Under the pieces are notes generated by a model. The model saw only the letters and a program-made list of their open reading frames with translations, had not been told where the DNA came from and did not search any database. 64,000 nucleotides of DNA from the NCBI GenBank assembly GCA_002269645.1, contig NIVC01000129.1:108755-172754 (forward strand), in the 5' to 3' direction. The stretch is from Macrostomum lignano. Its lineage: Eukaryota. The translations under genes and the position numbers were made by a program. The number at the start of each line of letters is the position of its first letter. The first letter of the stretch is position 1. Shown here in pieces: positions 40,350 to 57,357 of this stretch.

Positions 40350-43300
40350 CTTTTGATACATATGAATATCAACTTGACTGCTTCTTGATTAAGCCTATTT
40401 TCTCTTTTCTTTATTTTTTTTCCTTTTTATTTTCCTGGCAATCTTTCATTTCACTTTTGTATAGTCATGCTTAGACGCAACCTAGGGATTCACCTGACCA
40501 TTTCTATTGACAACACACACACATGAGTCACTATTGGACAGAATAGTAGTCATGTGACTGCTCTTAGCCAATAGCAACTTACATGTGTGTGTTGCCAATA
40601 GAAATCGCTGAGTGAATCCCAAGGTTGCATATGCATGTGTATAGTTAACTATTTTTTTAGAATTTTGTAATTTAAATGGGTATAAAATGATGTGGCTTAA
40701 AAGATTTATATTAGGCACAAACTCTAACTATCATTTTGGTCAATAGACTTAGTCATGGTCAATGGTCATGGTCAATGTAGGACAAATTCAATTAACTCAT
40801 CAATATGATTTATAGTCAATATCATGTGATATAACTCATTTGTCTTTAGTTTAGACTGTCTTATTGAATTACCAAAACCATGGCTAGCCATAGTGGCTAA
40901 TAGCCACCTACTTACATCTAGAGAGGGCCTGAAAATTTGGCTAGAATTTTAGGTACCCAAAATTTTGGGCATTTTCATTTCAAATTTTTGGGTATAGTTT
41001 CAATTTTGGGTATTACACTTTTGGGTACATTGATACCCAATTTTTTAAGCTCATTGTATTATATAAGATTCATTAGAACCATTTGCTATATATGCTACAC
41101 TTTCTATAAAAGGTTTGGGTCTGTCCTAATTTCATTATTGGGTCAGATAAATGCTTGAATGAAATGTGCAATCTATAGTGACTCAGTAAAAACAGGGTAA
41201 GAAAGAAACAACTTGGAAGGTAGGTCAGAGATTCATCACTTTAACACTAGAGTCTAGACTAGGCACTGCTAGGACATGGATAGGATACCAGACATAGTCA
41301 CAATTAGTGAATTAATCTATATAAATTGATAATAAGCCTTTAAACTTAATATAGAAAATAAGAGGCAAATCTAAATCTGCACCATTTAATTCCTCCCTCT
41401 TCTTTGTATGTTTGTCACTTCAGCCAACCCCTTCTCTTTTTTCCCCTAATCCTTCAATGTTTGCCACTTTAAACCCTCTTTCTTTTTTTCTCTCCTCATG
41501 AATTCATAATGGAATTTTATGGGTTTGCCTTGCCACCTAAACTTGTGGGCTCTATTGATCACACTCTCCTTTCATTATTTGACTCCAAACCCCCAAGTTG
41601 GCAACCCTCAAACACCAAAATCTGAGCCTAGTCTTGTGCAAGCTTTATATTGATTGAAAACAAATAAAATTGAAATGCTTGCCAGGTATATTCTTGTTGT
41701 GTTTGCTTTCAACATGGATTCTAAATGTCTTTTCAGTGTTGAGGGACTCATTGTGACTAAGAAAAGGAATTGGCTTTTAGCTAAAACCTCAGCTAGCTAT
41801 TGTTCATTGAAGCTAATTTGAACTTAAGGCTCTAAATATGCTTAATGAATAATGATATTCTTGAATATTTCAAATGAATATGATTGAAATATAAACTATA
41901 TCTTAATTGCATGTATGCTTAATTGCATTGTTGGCTTTAAAATTTTGGGTTTTAGGTAGTAGCAAAAATCTTTTTTGGGCCATCTCTATCTTTATCTATA
42001 ACCATTGTTTATTGTTGCTATTATATAGTCATTTCTTTCCTTAGGCTAGAAAAAGACTGTAAAAGGGAACTAGGCCTACCTGAACATATTTTAGGGCCTA
42101 GTGATAAGAAAATAGGCCTAGGCCTAGGCCGCCTAGTATGCTAAAATACAGATTTTCTATGCTACAATACTAACTAAGGCTGAGATAGAGCTTACTATTG
42201 ATTTGTGCCAACTGTCTGCTACTCCCATGTGAAGGGCCTAAACCCTATGGACTAGGCCTAGGCCTATGGTGATTGATTAAGACCAATAGCAAGAACAACA
42301 ATGTGAAGATTAGGCCTCTATTTTCACCTGGAACTTTAGGCTTTAGCCATTGCCCATTGCTGACATAGACTACATTGGTGGGCAAATGGGGAATACATAG
42401 GCCTAGCTTAGTAGATAGACAGGGACAGCTTGCTTAGGACTAGGCCTACTAAGCAGTAAGCTTAAAAGCTTAGTTCCCTTTGTAGAAAGATTTTGGCTTT
42501 AAAAAACCATTAGCATTAGCCAAATTCCAAATACACTATTTCCTAGGCCTATCGTAATAGTCCTAATTCCGAAACTAACATGACTAGGTAGGCCCTAAGA
42601 CCTAGGAATAAATGAAATCTATTCCTATATCCTAAATCTTCTAATATACTAAACCCATACACTAAAATGACGACAAATTATAGGGTGCGTTCAGTACGTA
42701 CGCTTGACATGACATGACAACACGGGACGGTTCTGAAGGCACCCGTGTCCATCCTAAAAAATATAATTTGTACAATTTTTTTCAAACAAAACAATAATGC
42801 AACGTGCTATATTTAAAACTTCACAAATAATAGCTTAAAAAAGCAGTCCTAAATTGTTTTTACATTTTTTGTTAAATCTAGTCACTTAAGCAGATTTTTA
42901 AAAATAGAGCTTTTCTACGAAGTTTTTATTCCCACCATCACGATTCACATCCTTGGTACGGGTTCTTGGCGCATTTCTGCAGAAAAGTCTCTATTTCTAT
43001 AGAAAAAAATCTATTTAATAAGCAATAGACCATAAGTCGTTAGATGTCAAAAGTTGCTGATTTTTTGTCCTTTTTTAGGCCTCCCAACAGTATATTTACA
43101 CGTATACAATTATCGCCAAATAGATTATGAGCAATCCTTTTACTCGATAGTCGATAGGCCTATTTTTTCGTAAAAACCGCAAAAAAACTTATACGCTCTT
43201 TCAAATATTATATTTTATACAATTTTGTTATCACCTAATAAATATCTATATAACTTATTTTTATAACCTATGGGCTAAACTGTTTTGCGCAATATCGCCA

Positions 43301-45479
43301 ACTACATACATAAATTTCACGCAATACCTTTTAGCTCGTAACTCCCTGCTTTTTCTTCTCGTTCTTTCACCTCGTTAGTCGTCCGAAGTTTCGTCAACAA
43401 AATTTACGCGTTATTTAAAATACTATATTGCAAAACTTGTACTTTGCAATCGTGGTAAATAACTAATGCTAAAATATTGCCTTCTGTTCCTGAAGTAATC
43501 TTAAAATACACAGAAATATATTGGCCAAACAGGCTTCTTGCCTGAGCCAACTTACTAATACTACTACTACTAAAAAGTTGGAATTCATTTCTTTAGGGTA
43601 CAGCTGGGTTTGTTCATATAATCATAATCACCATCTACTAAATCATAGTAAATCTCTAAGATCTGTCTGTCTGTGTCTGTATGACTTTTTGTCTGTAAGA
43701 GTTGTTAAAAAACAATTCTGCTATTTCTATCTCCTAATTCCTTACTGTAGGGCCTAATTGACTCATTGACTGTAATTCAAATTCAAATATATTCTTCTAT
43801 TTCATGCCATGAAATAGGCCTATACCCCATAGATACTTGTAACTTGTAGTGCATTTAGGCCTAATTCTTAGCTATATGAATGAAGGCATTCTTTCATTTT
43901 ATGATCACAGCACTATCCCTATAGGATTTGGGACTTTCGATATATGATATCCCCTTTAGAAGATGGCAAAATTTCTAAGTTAAAATTAGGCCCTCTTAAA
44001 ATCAAACTTCAAAATTGGATCACTTTAAGCGCAGTATCATAGAATCAAGTCTTGTGTTTTGTTGAAATGTAGCTTATATTCACTTTTTTGATACTATCAT
44101 TTAAATGGTGAAATTATATCTGGGCCTAGGCCCTAGGTGAGCCTAAAAACTAAAAGTTAGTTTTTAATTACAATCAGTAATCATATCAATAATAAAATTG
44201 GATTGGATTGAAGGATTGTTGGTTTTTAATTAAAAAACATCAATAATAAAATGGGATTGAAAGGATCATATGAACTAATGGATTAATAAATTTGCAGTAA
44301 TAATTTTGAGTTGGCAACAAATTTATTGTTAACATTAATGGCAATATAAATGACCAAAGATGCAAAGAAAGAACAAAATGTCAAAATATAAGTCTAAAGA
44401 GAAGTTATTTACAACATTACAAATGTATTTGAATTTACCTAAATGCCTAATTAAGCCTAATCTATTTGTTTATGATGATGATCATGCAAATGTAAAAATT
44501 TCTTACTAATAAACTTTAATAATAAATTAAAATTGTGAATCTTTATTGCTTACATGTAGGCATTGATCACTTTGTTTTACTTCTTTCCTAATCTTTGTAA
44601 CACTTAGCTGTGTTTACTAGGCCCAATGCTATTATAAGTTACTTCTATTACTATATGCTTGCTTTTAGTAATAGGCCCTATTATACATACAAGTTTTTTT
44701 AAATTATTATTTAATTTAAAACTTTTTAGCTTGTAAATGCTTAGATGACCTCTGTGTTTCACTAAAAAGATGGAAAAGCAAAGAGTGCATTTAAAAAGTT
44801 TCTATTTTTAGAGAAGATTTCTATTTTTTGTGTTTATTTTAACATTGATTCCTATTAATAATTAAGCTATCAATTAACTTTTAGTTAACTTAACAAAATT
44901 AAGAGTTAATGAGACAATAGGCCACTTGGTTACGTGGACACACATGAGTGGCCTGCCTATGTCCTGCCTAGTCCAGACTATGTCCAAGATCACAGACATT
45001 GCCACCCCCGTGTCTAGGTGACACTGAATTGGGATTTTCTTATCCTTGTACACAAACTATAGGGTGACACAGATGGCATCCTGAGTCGGGCCTACAATTG
45101 CTCCAATTGTGAACAGGTCTCCATTCATTGCTAGGGACTTGCTGAACACAAAACTGTACTGAGTCAATGTGGCCTGCAATGTCTGTCTTTGTCCAGCATA
45201 CCTTATAAAAATGGTCAGTGGCATAACCAAGGGGGGGGGGAAGGGTTGTTGCCCCCCCCCCTTAGGCGGAGACATACATGCGCAACTGCTGGCCGACCTG
45301 GCCGATCCGGCCACCGTAAATCGTGGCTGACCAGGGGTAAGTCGCAAAATTGAGTCAACCAAAAACAGAAAAACACAAGAACCAAGAAAGGCAAGAGGAA
45401 AGCGAAAGAAAGAGCAGTTCAGGGAAAATGGTGAAGCAAAAGAAAAACAATTCGCAAAAGAAGCAAACTAAGTTGTAAA

Positions 45480-46365
45480 AATAATCAGGTAAGTCGCAAA
45501 AAGGATCAGGTAAGTCGCAAAAGAAGCAAACTAAGTCGCAAAAAGGATCAGGTAAGTCGCAACAGGAATCAGGTAAGTCGCAAAAGAAGCAAACTAAGTC
45601 GCAAAAAGGATCAGGTAAGTCGCAAAAGGGTTAGGTAAGTCGCAAAAGGATTAGGTAAGTCGCAAAAGGGTTAGGTAAGTCGCAAAAGGGTTAGGTAAGT
45701 CGCAAAAAGGATCAGGTAAGTCGCAAAAAGGATCAGGTAAGTCGCAAAAAGAATCAGGTAAGTCGCAAAAGAAGCAAACTAAGTCGCAAAAGGATCAGCT
45801 AAGTCGCAAAAGGATTAGGTAAGTCGCAAAAAGGATTAGGTAAGTCGCAAAAGGGTTAGGTAAGTCGCAAAAGGATTAGGTAAGTTGTAAAAATAATCAG
45901 GTAAGTCGCAAAAAGGATCAGGTAAGTCGCAAAAGAAGCAAACTAAGTCGCAAAAGGATCAGCTAAGTCGCAAAAGGATTAGGTAAGTCGCAAAAAGGAT
46001 TAGGTAAGTCGCAAAAAGGATTAGGTAAGTCGCAAAAGGGTTAGGTAAGTCGCAAAAAGGATTAGGTAAGTCGCAAAAAGAATCAGGTAAGTCGCAAAAG
46101 GATTAGGTAAGTCGCAAAAGGGTTAGGTAAGTCGCAAAAGGATTAGGTAAGTCGCAAAAGGGTTAGGTAAGTCGCAAAAGGATTAGGTAAGTCGCAAAAA
46201 GGATTAGGTAAGTCGCAAAAAGAATCAGGTAAGTCGCAAAAGGATCAGCTAAGTCGCAAAAGGATTAGGTAAGTCGCAAAAGGATTAGGTAAGTCGCAAA
46301 AGGGTTAGGTAAGTCGCAAAAAGGATTAGGTAAGTCGCAAAAAGAAGCAACTAAGTCGCAATAAG
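45480..46365. repeat. 20-21-bp minisatellite (GGTAAGTCGCAAAAAGGATTA) inside the hAT-type element
   Basis: About 42 units. Confidence 0.95.
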
Positions 46366-46609
46366 AGGGAAGTAAGTCACAATCAGAGGCAATCAGGGGG
46401 TAGTAGGTGCAAGTGTGGCAAGAGAGCAAAAACAGAATAGAAGCCTTCAACCACAGACAAGATCTTTGAAATCAGAAGCCCGCGTCAACAGTTTCCCATT
46501 GATTTCTTAAACTCTGGAGCAGGGGTTGGCAAACTCCGGCTCGCGAAGCCCCTCTATCTGGCCCTCGCCCCTCGGGTTCTTTGAAACTTCCTAACCAGCA
46601 AGGTTGGTG

Positions 46610-47275
46610 TCTCTTCAACTCTCATCTCTCTCTTCTTCTCTACCTTGCCTCCCCTCTTCTCTCTCTCCCCCTTTTCCCTCTTCTCTCTCGTCTCATTTTT
46701 ACTCTCCTCTCTTCTCCCCCTTTCTCTCTACCCTTTCTCCTCAATGCCCTCTTCTCTCCTCTTATTTTGAGAAAAAATATGTGCATATTTTCTTACTTCA
46801 AAGTAGAGGGAATAGAAGATTAGAGATAAGCAAACAGAGGAGAGGCGAGCGATGCGATGGGAGAAAAGATAGAAGAGGAGAGAAAAGCTGAGGGAGGAAA
46901 AAGAGATGAGAGAGAAGAGGAGATGAGAGGAAAGAGGAAAGAAAAGATGATGGATGAGATCAGAAGAGAGGAAAGAGGAAAGAGGAGAGAGTAGATGAGA
47001 GAAGAGAGGATAAAGAGGAGATGAGAGGAGAGTGAAGAGAGGAGAGATGAGAGAGTAGAAAAGAGAGGAGAGATAAGATGAGAGAGTAGAGTGGAGAGAG
47101 ACGAGAGGGAAGATAAGATGAGAGAGTAGAGTGGAATGGAGAGAGACGAGAGGAGAGATAAGAATGTAGAGAGGAGACAGAAGAGATAGGAGAGGAGAGG
47201 AAAGAGAGAAGGGATAAGGGATGAGAGAGAAAAGAAAAAGAGGATGAGAAGATTGAGGAATGGAGAGAATTTGCA
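46610..47275. repeat. Pyrimidine-rich tract followed by a purine-rich tract (CT/GA low complexity)
   Basis: Seen directly. Confidence 0.85.
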
Positions 47276-49773
47276 AAGGCCTCAAATCTTAGTTTAACAT
47301 GCATTACTCCCATCTTTGCCTTTTTCCTAACTGTTAACAAGTTTTTGTTTGAGCATGACTTCAAATTTAGAATCTATGCAAAAATAGTTCCGGGAATTAG
47401 AATTCAGTGGTTTAAAAATCTGTGGGTTTTCACAGCTTGTATCTCTACTGGATTCGTATTCTGCATCTGATGAGCCATCTGAATCAGGGCTCTCATCTTC
47501 CATGCCAAATCGTCTAGCAAATCATTCTTGAGCTATAGGTCACACTGTATTCTCTTCACTTACTTCTGGACATTCATGAATCATGACTTTTGTAGTATGC
47601 TCACTACACTGTACTGACAATTTACTAATTGCTTCATGCCGCCACTAGATGACATACTGATTAGCTGTTATAAAAACGCGAAATCTGCACGCAGCACTAA
47701 TTAGCTGGCGAGGCAATTAGCTTTAAATTATGGTCATAGTTACTCCTGCCGTTTACCTAAAGTTTTTGCTTTGCTCTTTCATAGGTAAGTCGCATTTTTT
47801 ATCGAAAACTAAGTCGCACGGCCAGCGTAATTTCAGAAGTTGCGCATGTATGGGCGGAGACCCAAAAAAATCAAAGGGGGGACCAAGCAAATTTTTGCCA
47901 TAAACAGAGCCATCTCTCTGTCCCCCTCCTAGGATTATACCCTCTAAAATCTGCCCCCCCTTTAGAAAAATTCTGGTTGCACTACTGAAAATGGTTTAGC
48001 TTAATTCACTTGTGACAAGCCTTCCCAGTTGTTGGGCCCTGCATTTTTCCATGCAATGAACCACATCAAGGATAGGTGGTGCTAGTGCTACCTTTGAACT
48101 TGCTGCAACTTTGTTCTTTCAATGATTGTCCTTTTGAATTGAGCACACTGATCTTCATGACGGCCATACTCTCTCCTTTTGGTGCACTCTTCATGATCTC
48201 CATGGCTATTATGGTGGAATAAGCCTCAGCCTCCGCAACTGCATCCTTGAGGGTCAAGCTATGATGGTCTTGACCAAAAGCTTGCCTACAATCTGTTGAT
48301 CCATCAGACTGCAGATGAGTTGGTCTTGCAGGTATTTATCTTTGTTATCAAATTTGCATTTCTCCAATGCCCTTAGAAGCCATTCAGCAAATGCCCACAC
48401 TGACTCTCTAGGTGTGTGTGTGCACTGTTGGAATGTGTACCATTCAGCCAAAACAAAGGTTGCCAGTACCAATAGTTCCTATAAGGCAGCCTCCAGCACT
48501 GCAGCTAACAATTGTTTCAGCTTTGTTGGAGCCACCCAATTGGCTACTCGGTCATACAGGGCCAGAGACAGGTTCATGAGCAGCATCTACACCTTAGTCT
48601 TGGCATCCCAGTAGTAAAATTTTGCCCAAACTTCAAAATGGTTCATCCATCAGGTGAAAGATTTCTGATGTCCAACCGCTCAATCTCCATGGAGCCTCCT
48701 CTGGTGTGCATTGCTGCACTAGCAGCTTCATAAACTGGTGTCTTGACAATAGAGACTGCTGCCTTGGTTGACTGGCTAGCTGGTGGAATTGCTCCTGTTT
48801 TTGTTGGGGAGCTGAGTGTTTTTTGATGCAAGTCTAAAATGGAAAATGGAAAGTGCATAAAAGAATGGAAGGGTCATGCAAAAAATCATAGAAGCATCAT
48901 GCAAAAACTCATGGACAAAAATCACAAAATATTAAATTTAGGGTTAGGGTTAGGGTTAGAAGTTTGACAGGAGATTTTTTTAGATTTCAAGGCTACATGT
49001 AGCTTATTAAAAATATGTATTGCATTTCTTTGGCTCCCCAACAGGGGGTGTAGATTGCTAGTCTATAGCTGATCCTGCTCACAATGACACTGTTATGTTG
49101 TGGTTTTTTGAGAGTCTTTGCTCCCACAGTTACTTTTTGTTTTTTTGGCTTTCTTGCTAGCTTTGTCTCTTTACATATAATTCTTATTTAATGTAAAGTG
49201 CAGCCCACATTAAGTCATAGACATAGACAAGTCTGCTGTGGCGGATAAATAAAACTAAATCCACAGCAAAAAGTTTTAAAATGTTGTTATTGTAATATTA
49301 CTTAGCATATCTTCTTCAAGTTCTTTCACTAGAATAATCCATGGTTGCTCCTTATATTTCATTGAGTTCTTAGAGTCTAAAATGTAAAAAAATATAGTTT
49401 TAATATAGTTTTTATTAATTTAAGTAAACAATTTTATTATTGGCTGCTTTGTTATTTTTTACCTTTAGCAATCTGTGTTGGTTCCAATTGAATATAAATA
49501 TTTTGTCTTTCTTCTATCTCCATTTGCATACCTTAAAGACATGCACTGCCACTGGCATAGTGACTGTATATCTGGCTTGCCTGGAATGCAAATTGTTTTG
49601 AATGTTAAATGTAAATAGATAGAAGTCTGTCTATATATTCTGCTAACTTCTGAACATAATCTCTTACACATGCTAACATGTATATGTCAGCTCCAGATTG
49701 TCAGTCTGGCCCAGTTTAAGTTAATATTACTATAGCTAAATTATAATGCAATATCAGTTATATATAACATAAC

Positions 49774-50259
49774 ATATGCTCTACTGACTCATGCCAGTGT
49801 GACACACGATATGCTCTACTGACTCATGCCAGAGTGACACACGATATGCTCTGCTGGCTCATGCCAGTGTGACACACGATATGCTCTACTGACTCATGCC
49901 AGAGTGACACACGATATGCTCTGCTGGCTCATGCCAGTGTGACACACGATATGCTCTGCTGGCTCATGCCAGTGTGACACACGATATGCTCTACTGACTC
50001 ATGCCAGAGTGACACACGATATGCTCTGCTGGCTCATGCCAGTGTGACACACGATATGCTCTACTGACTCATGCCAGAGTGACACACGATATGCTCTGCT
50101 GGCTCATGCCAGTGTGACACACGATATGCTCTACTGACTCATGCCAGAGTGACACACGATATGCTCTGCTGGCTCATGCCAGTGTGACACGATATGCTCT
50201 ACTGACTCATGCCAGAGTGACACACGATATGCTCTGCTGGCTCATGCCAGTGTGACACA
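49774..50259. repeat. 35-bp minisatellite upstream of CPT2, two variants mostly alternating (70-bp dimer)
   Basis: ATATGCTCTACTGACTCATGCCAGAGTGACACACG alternates with the ...CTGCTGGCTC...AGTGTG... variant. Confidence 0.95.
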
Positions 50260-50401
50260 AGATGTGCGATAATGCTTTTATGTCAGATCTTTAAGCTTAT
50301 GTAATGGAATCAAACACGAATTATGAATTATTGCCACAATAATTTGTCTGCAACAAATTGCTTCTTTATGTCTGCTGCATGCCATTCAGCCAGCAATTAT
50401 C

Positions 50402-54519
<4,118 letters not shown>

Positions 54520-55242
54520 AGAGATTTGCTTGATGAGGAAAATATTGATAGCTTCTTCGACTGAAAATTTTACAGTAAATAAACTTTAGAAGCTTATGTA
54601 AGGCGTGTGTCTCTCGTTGTCAATATTGCGCTGACTCCTGACCACACCCAAGTGCGCCACTTGCGCTCACACAGAGCGTTCAGCGGCCTGACTGTCTATT
54701 CGTCAGACCATGTAAGGAAATTTATTAAAGCTTCTACGGTTTGTAATTGTTAGCATTAAATAATAAAAAATTAGGTTTCTATATGTTATACTGCCTCGAG
54801 ATTATTTTTATTGTATTTATTGCGTTAGTTGAGTTGATTGTAAGATAAATTTAGCTATAACGTTGACTCTACTATAAATCTTGTTGTTTGTTGTTTTTCT
54901 TTTAAAATTTTTGGTAATAAATTTTCAATAAATTCTGCTTACAAATCGTTAAAATTAAGGCTTTCAGTTTGAGTCGATTCTCTAGTTTAAGCCACAGCTA
55001 CGGGTACTAGAAAAACTTGGTATGTCAATTACATAACTACGCTCATCTACTCTTTTATGAGTATCAAAATTAGCACTTTTTGCCTTTTTTACGAGTAATA
55101 CTATAAAAACCCTAATCCAGTGCGTCTGCGCAGCGAGCAAGAGAGAAAAGGCCAGGCCGATAAACAGTTTGCTTTTCCTCCTTCCCGCTTAAGGTGAGGT
55201 CAAAGTGAACACTTTGTGTCGAAGTCAGACACTTTGATCTCT

Positions 55243-55590
55243 CTCCTTACTGCTCTCTCATTGGCTGAGCTAGATTGGGCCTGCCCCCCTTAGGCTGAGT
55301 TTCGTCCGTCTGACTGACCTGCCTCCTTACTGCTCTCTCATTGGTTGAGCTAGATTGGGCCTGCCCCCTTTAGGCTGAGTTTCGTCCGTCTGACTGACCT
55401 GCCTCCTTACTGCTCTCTCATTGGTTGAGCTAGATTGGGCCTGCCCCCTTTAGGCTGAGTTTCGTCCGTCTGACTGACCTGCCTCCTTACTGCTCTCTCA
55501 TTGGTTGAGCTAGATTGGGCCTGCCCCCCTTAGGCTGAGTTTCGTCCGTCTGACTTTGACCACTCTCCTTACTGCTCTCTCATTGGCTGA
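55243..55590. repeat. 80-bp tandem repeat, 4 copies plus a partial
   Basis: CTCCTTACTGCTCTCTCATTGG starts at 55243, 55323, 55403, 55483. Confidence 0.93.
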
Positions 55591-57064
55591 GCAAGTGACG
55601 CAGCGCAGAGAAACTACTGAAGGAGTAGAAGCTCTACTTTTTCACAACTTTAATGCGGGTGAACATCTAATCCAGATATTCCCGTATCTGTGGTTTAAGC
55701 ATAGAGAAATGGCCAATTATATTTTGTACATTTGGAAAATCGACTCTTAAAATCCGGTTCAGTTTGATCGGCAATGACTTTTCCAATCCGACATTTTTAA
55801 GCTACGGGTATTTTTCGAAAAGAGAAAATGATTGCTCCATGGAATATCAACGAGGAAACTGAGCTTTCACCTAGTTTACTGCCAGCAAGAAAGTCACAAT
55901 CAAATTCACATCAAGAAGTTTAGTCAAGTTTAGGGATAAGAAGAGAGGAAAGAAAACGGAGAAGAGACCCAAGCCTCGTGCTGGCCGCATTGCTATTGTG
56001 CAGTATCGAAGGACCGGATGGCCGAATTTTGCCGACCCTGGCTTAGCGACAGTGGATTAGTCTGTTGCTTTTAACTGCTTTGATTGAAATTTATTTGTAA
56101 TGATAATAATCTATACGAAGTAATTGCCTAATAAATCCTAAAGTGCCTATAAAAATCTGCTTATCTGCCCACTAAATTGCATCATTCTTACTTAAAATTA
56201 AAAATAAAATACATTGCAACTAACTCGGCACATCAGGTGATATGATTAGCTTGATTATTGTGCATGATAATTATTCAGCTTATTCTGCTTATTAATGTCA
56301 TTTATGGTCAATTAAACAGCCCAGGTAGACATCCTACACTCGGATTAACCAGTCCCAGTTACTGATACTATTTGCAAAGTAACGTCCTCTATCTACTAGT
56401 GGTCCTTGTCGTGCACACGTTCACATGTGGGTGTACAGCGGTCCTGACTAGCTTTCTAATCTTCAGGCATTGTGCACACAGTGCCTTTGGGGGGGGGGGG
56501 GGGGGTTGGCCCTCATGTTTAATCGTGAACCAGGGGCCGTGGCGCGAGTGATGATAATCCTCGCGGATTACTGTATTACATGTAGGTCTCTGACCGCAGA
56601 CATTCCAAGAAATCGATCAACTTGTTGTCCAACAGATCAGTAGCATCACGCGTACCGAAACTCAGAAATGCATGTTGAAACATGTGTCATTTATGGGTCA
56701 TAAATATTGTCAAGATCACAAAAATAAACCTTGAAGCACGAAATCCATTTGCTCCAACCTAATGATCAGACAGACAGACACACTAAGACAGAGAGACGGA
56801 CAGACAAACAGTTAGGCACAAACAGCCAATGACGCACAGAAAAATGAGGTGAACTTTTTGTAGCATTTCGTTTTTTATCGCATATTAGGTAAAATTTGTA
56901 CTAAAGCTGCAGAGGTTAAATTTTCAGCTAAAAATCGAAATTTGCCTAATTTACAGCGAAAAATCGGCCTTTAATTTCCCCCACGAATTAATTTTGAGTC
57001 CCTTAGAATTCAGCTGTGGGATTTCACCGAAGTCTGTTCAACAGTATAAAGAGGTCGGGAATTG

Positions 57065-57107
<43 letters not shown>

Positions 57108-57357
57108 TCCTTATGAACTTTCTGAGTCGCACAAATAACAAAAAATTACATCAATTTACTCAAAAGACGGATTTGCATAAAAATCGTGTTTAATAAATTC
57201 CGATTGCCGACCATTTCTGAAGCGGATTCTTTCGCCGAGAAGGTTTATTTTTTTAAAAATGAGTATAAAGTGTCCGGTAAACGCAAATTTCAGCCGAAAA
57301 AAGCTTACGCCACAGACGGGCCTAGAAAGTCGGGTTCATCAAGAATGCCGATGCCGG

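Larger units (their letters stand above)
45273..47852. mobile_element. 2580-bp non-autonomous hAT-type element, same family as 40053-40349
   Basis: Perfect TIR CATACATGCGCAAC; 8-bp duplication GGCGGAGA at 45265-45272 and 47853-47860. 47700-47852 is the reverse-complement homolog of 40053-40250. Confidence 0.88.
45216..47987. mobile_element. hAT-type MITE (~184 bp when empty; ends CAGTGGCATAACCA / TGGTTGCACTACTG) carrying a nested element
   Basis: 8-bp target duplication AAAATGGT at 45208-45215 and 47988-47995; imperfect TIRs (10/14). Confidence 0.78.
44900..48860 (-). mobile_element. Degenerate Gypsy-like LTR retrotransposon gag/protease relic, interrupted by nested insertions
   Basis: Gag-like ESVWAFAEWL...CKF...LQDQLI...KLL...TLKDAVAEAEAY (48066-48472). 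Decayed CCHC knuckle (GKACHK*IKLNHF) split at the insertion site. Protease motif LDTGVAMSVI (LDTG at 45006-45017). Confidence 0.75.
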
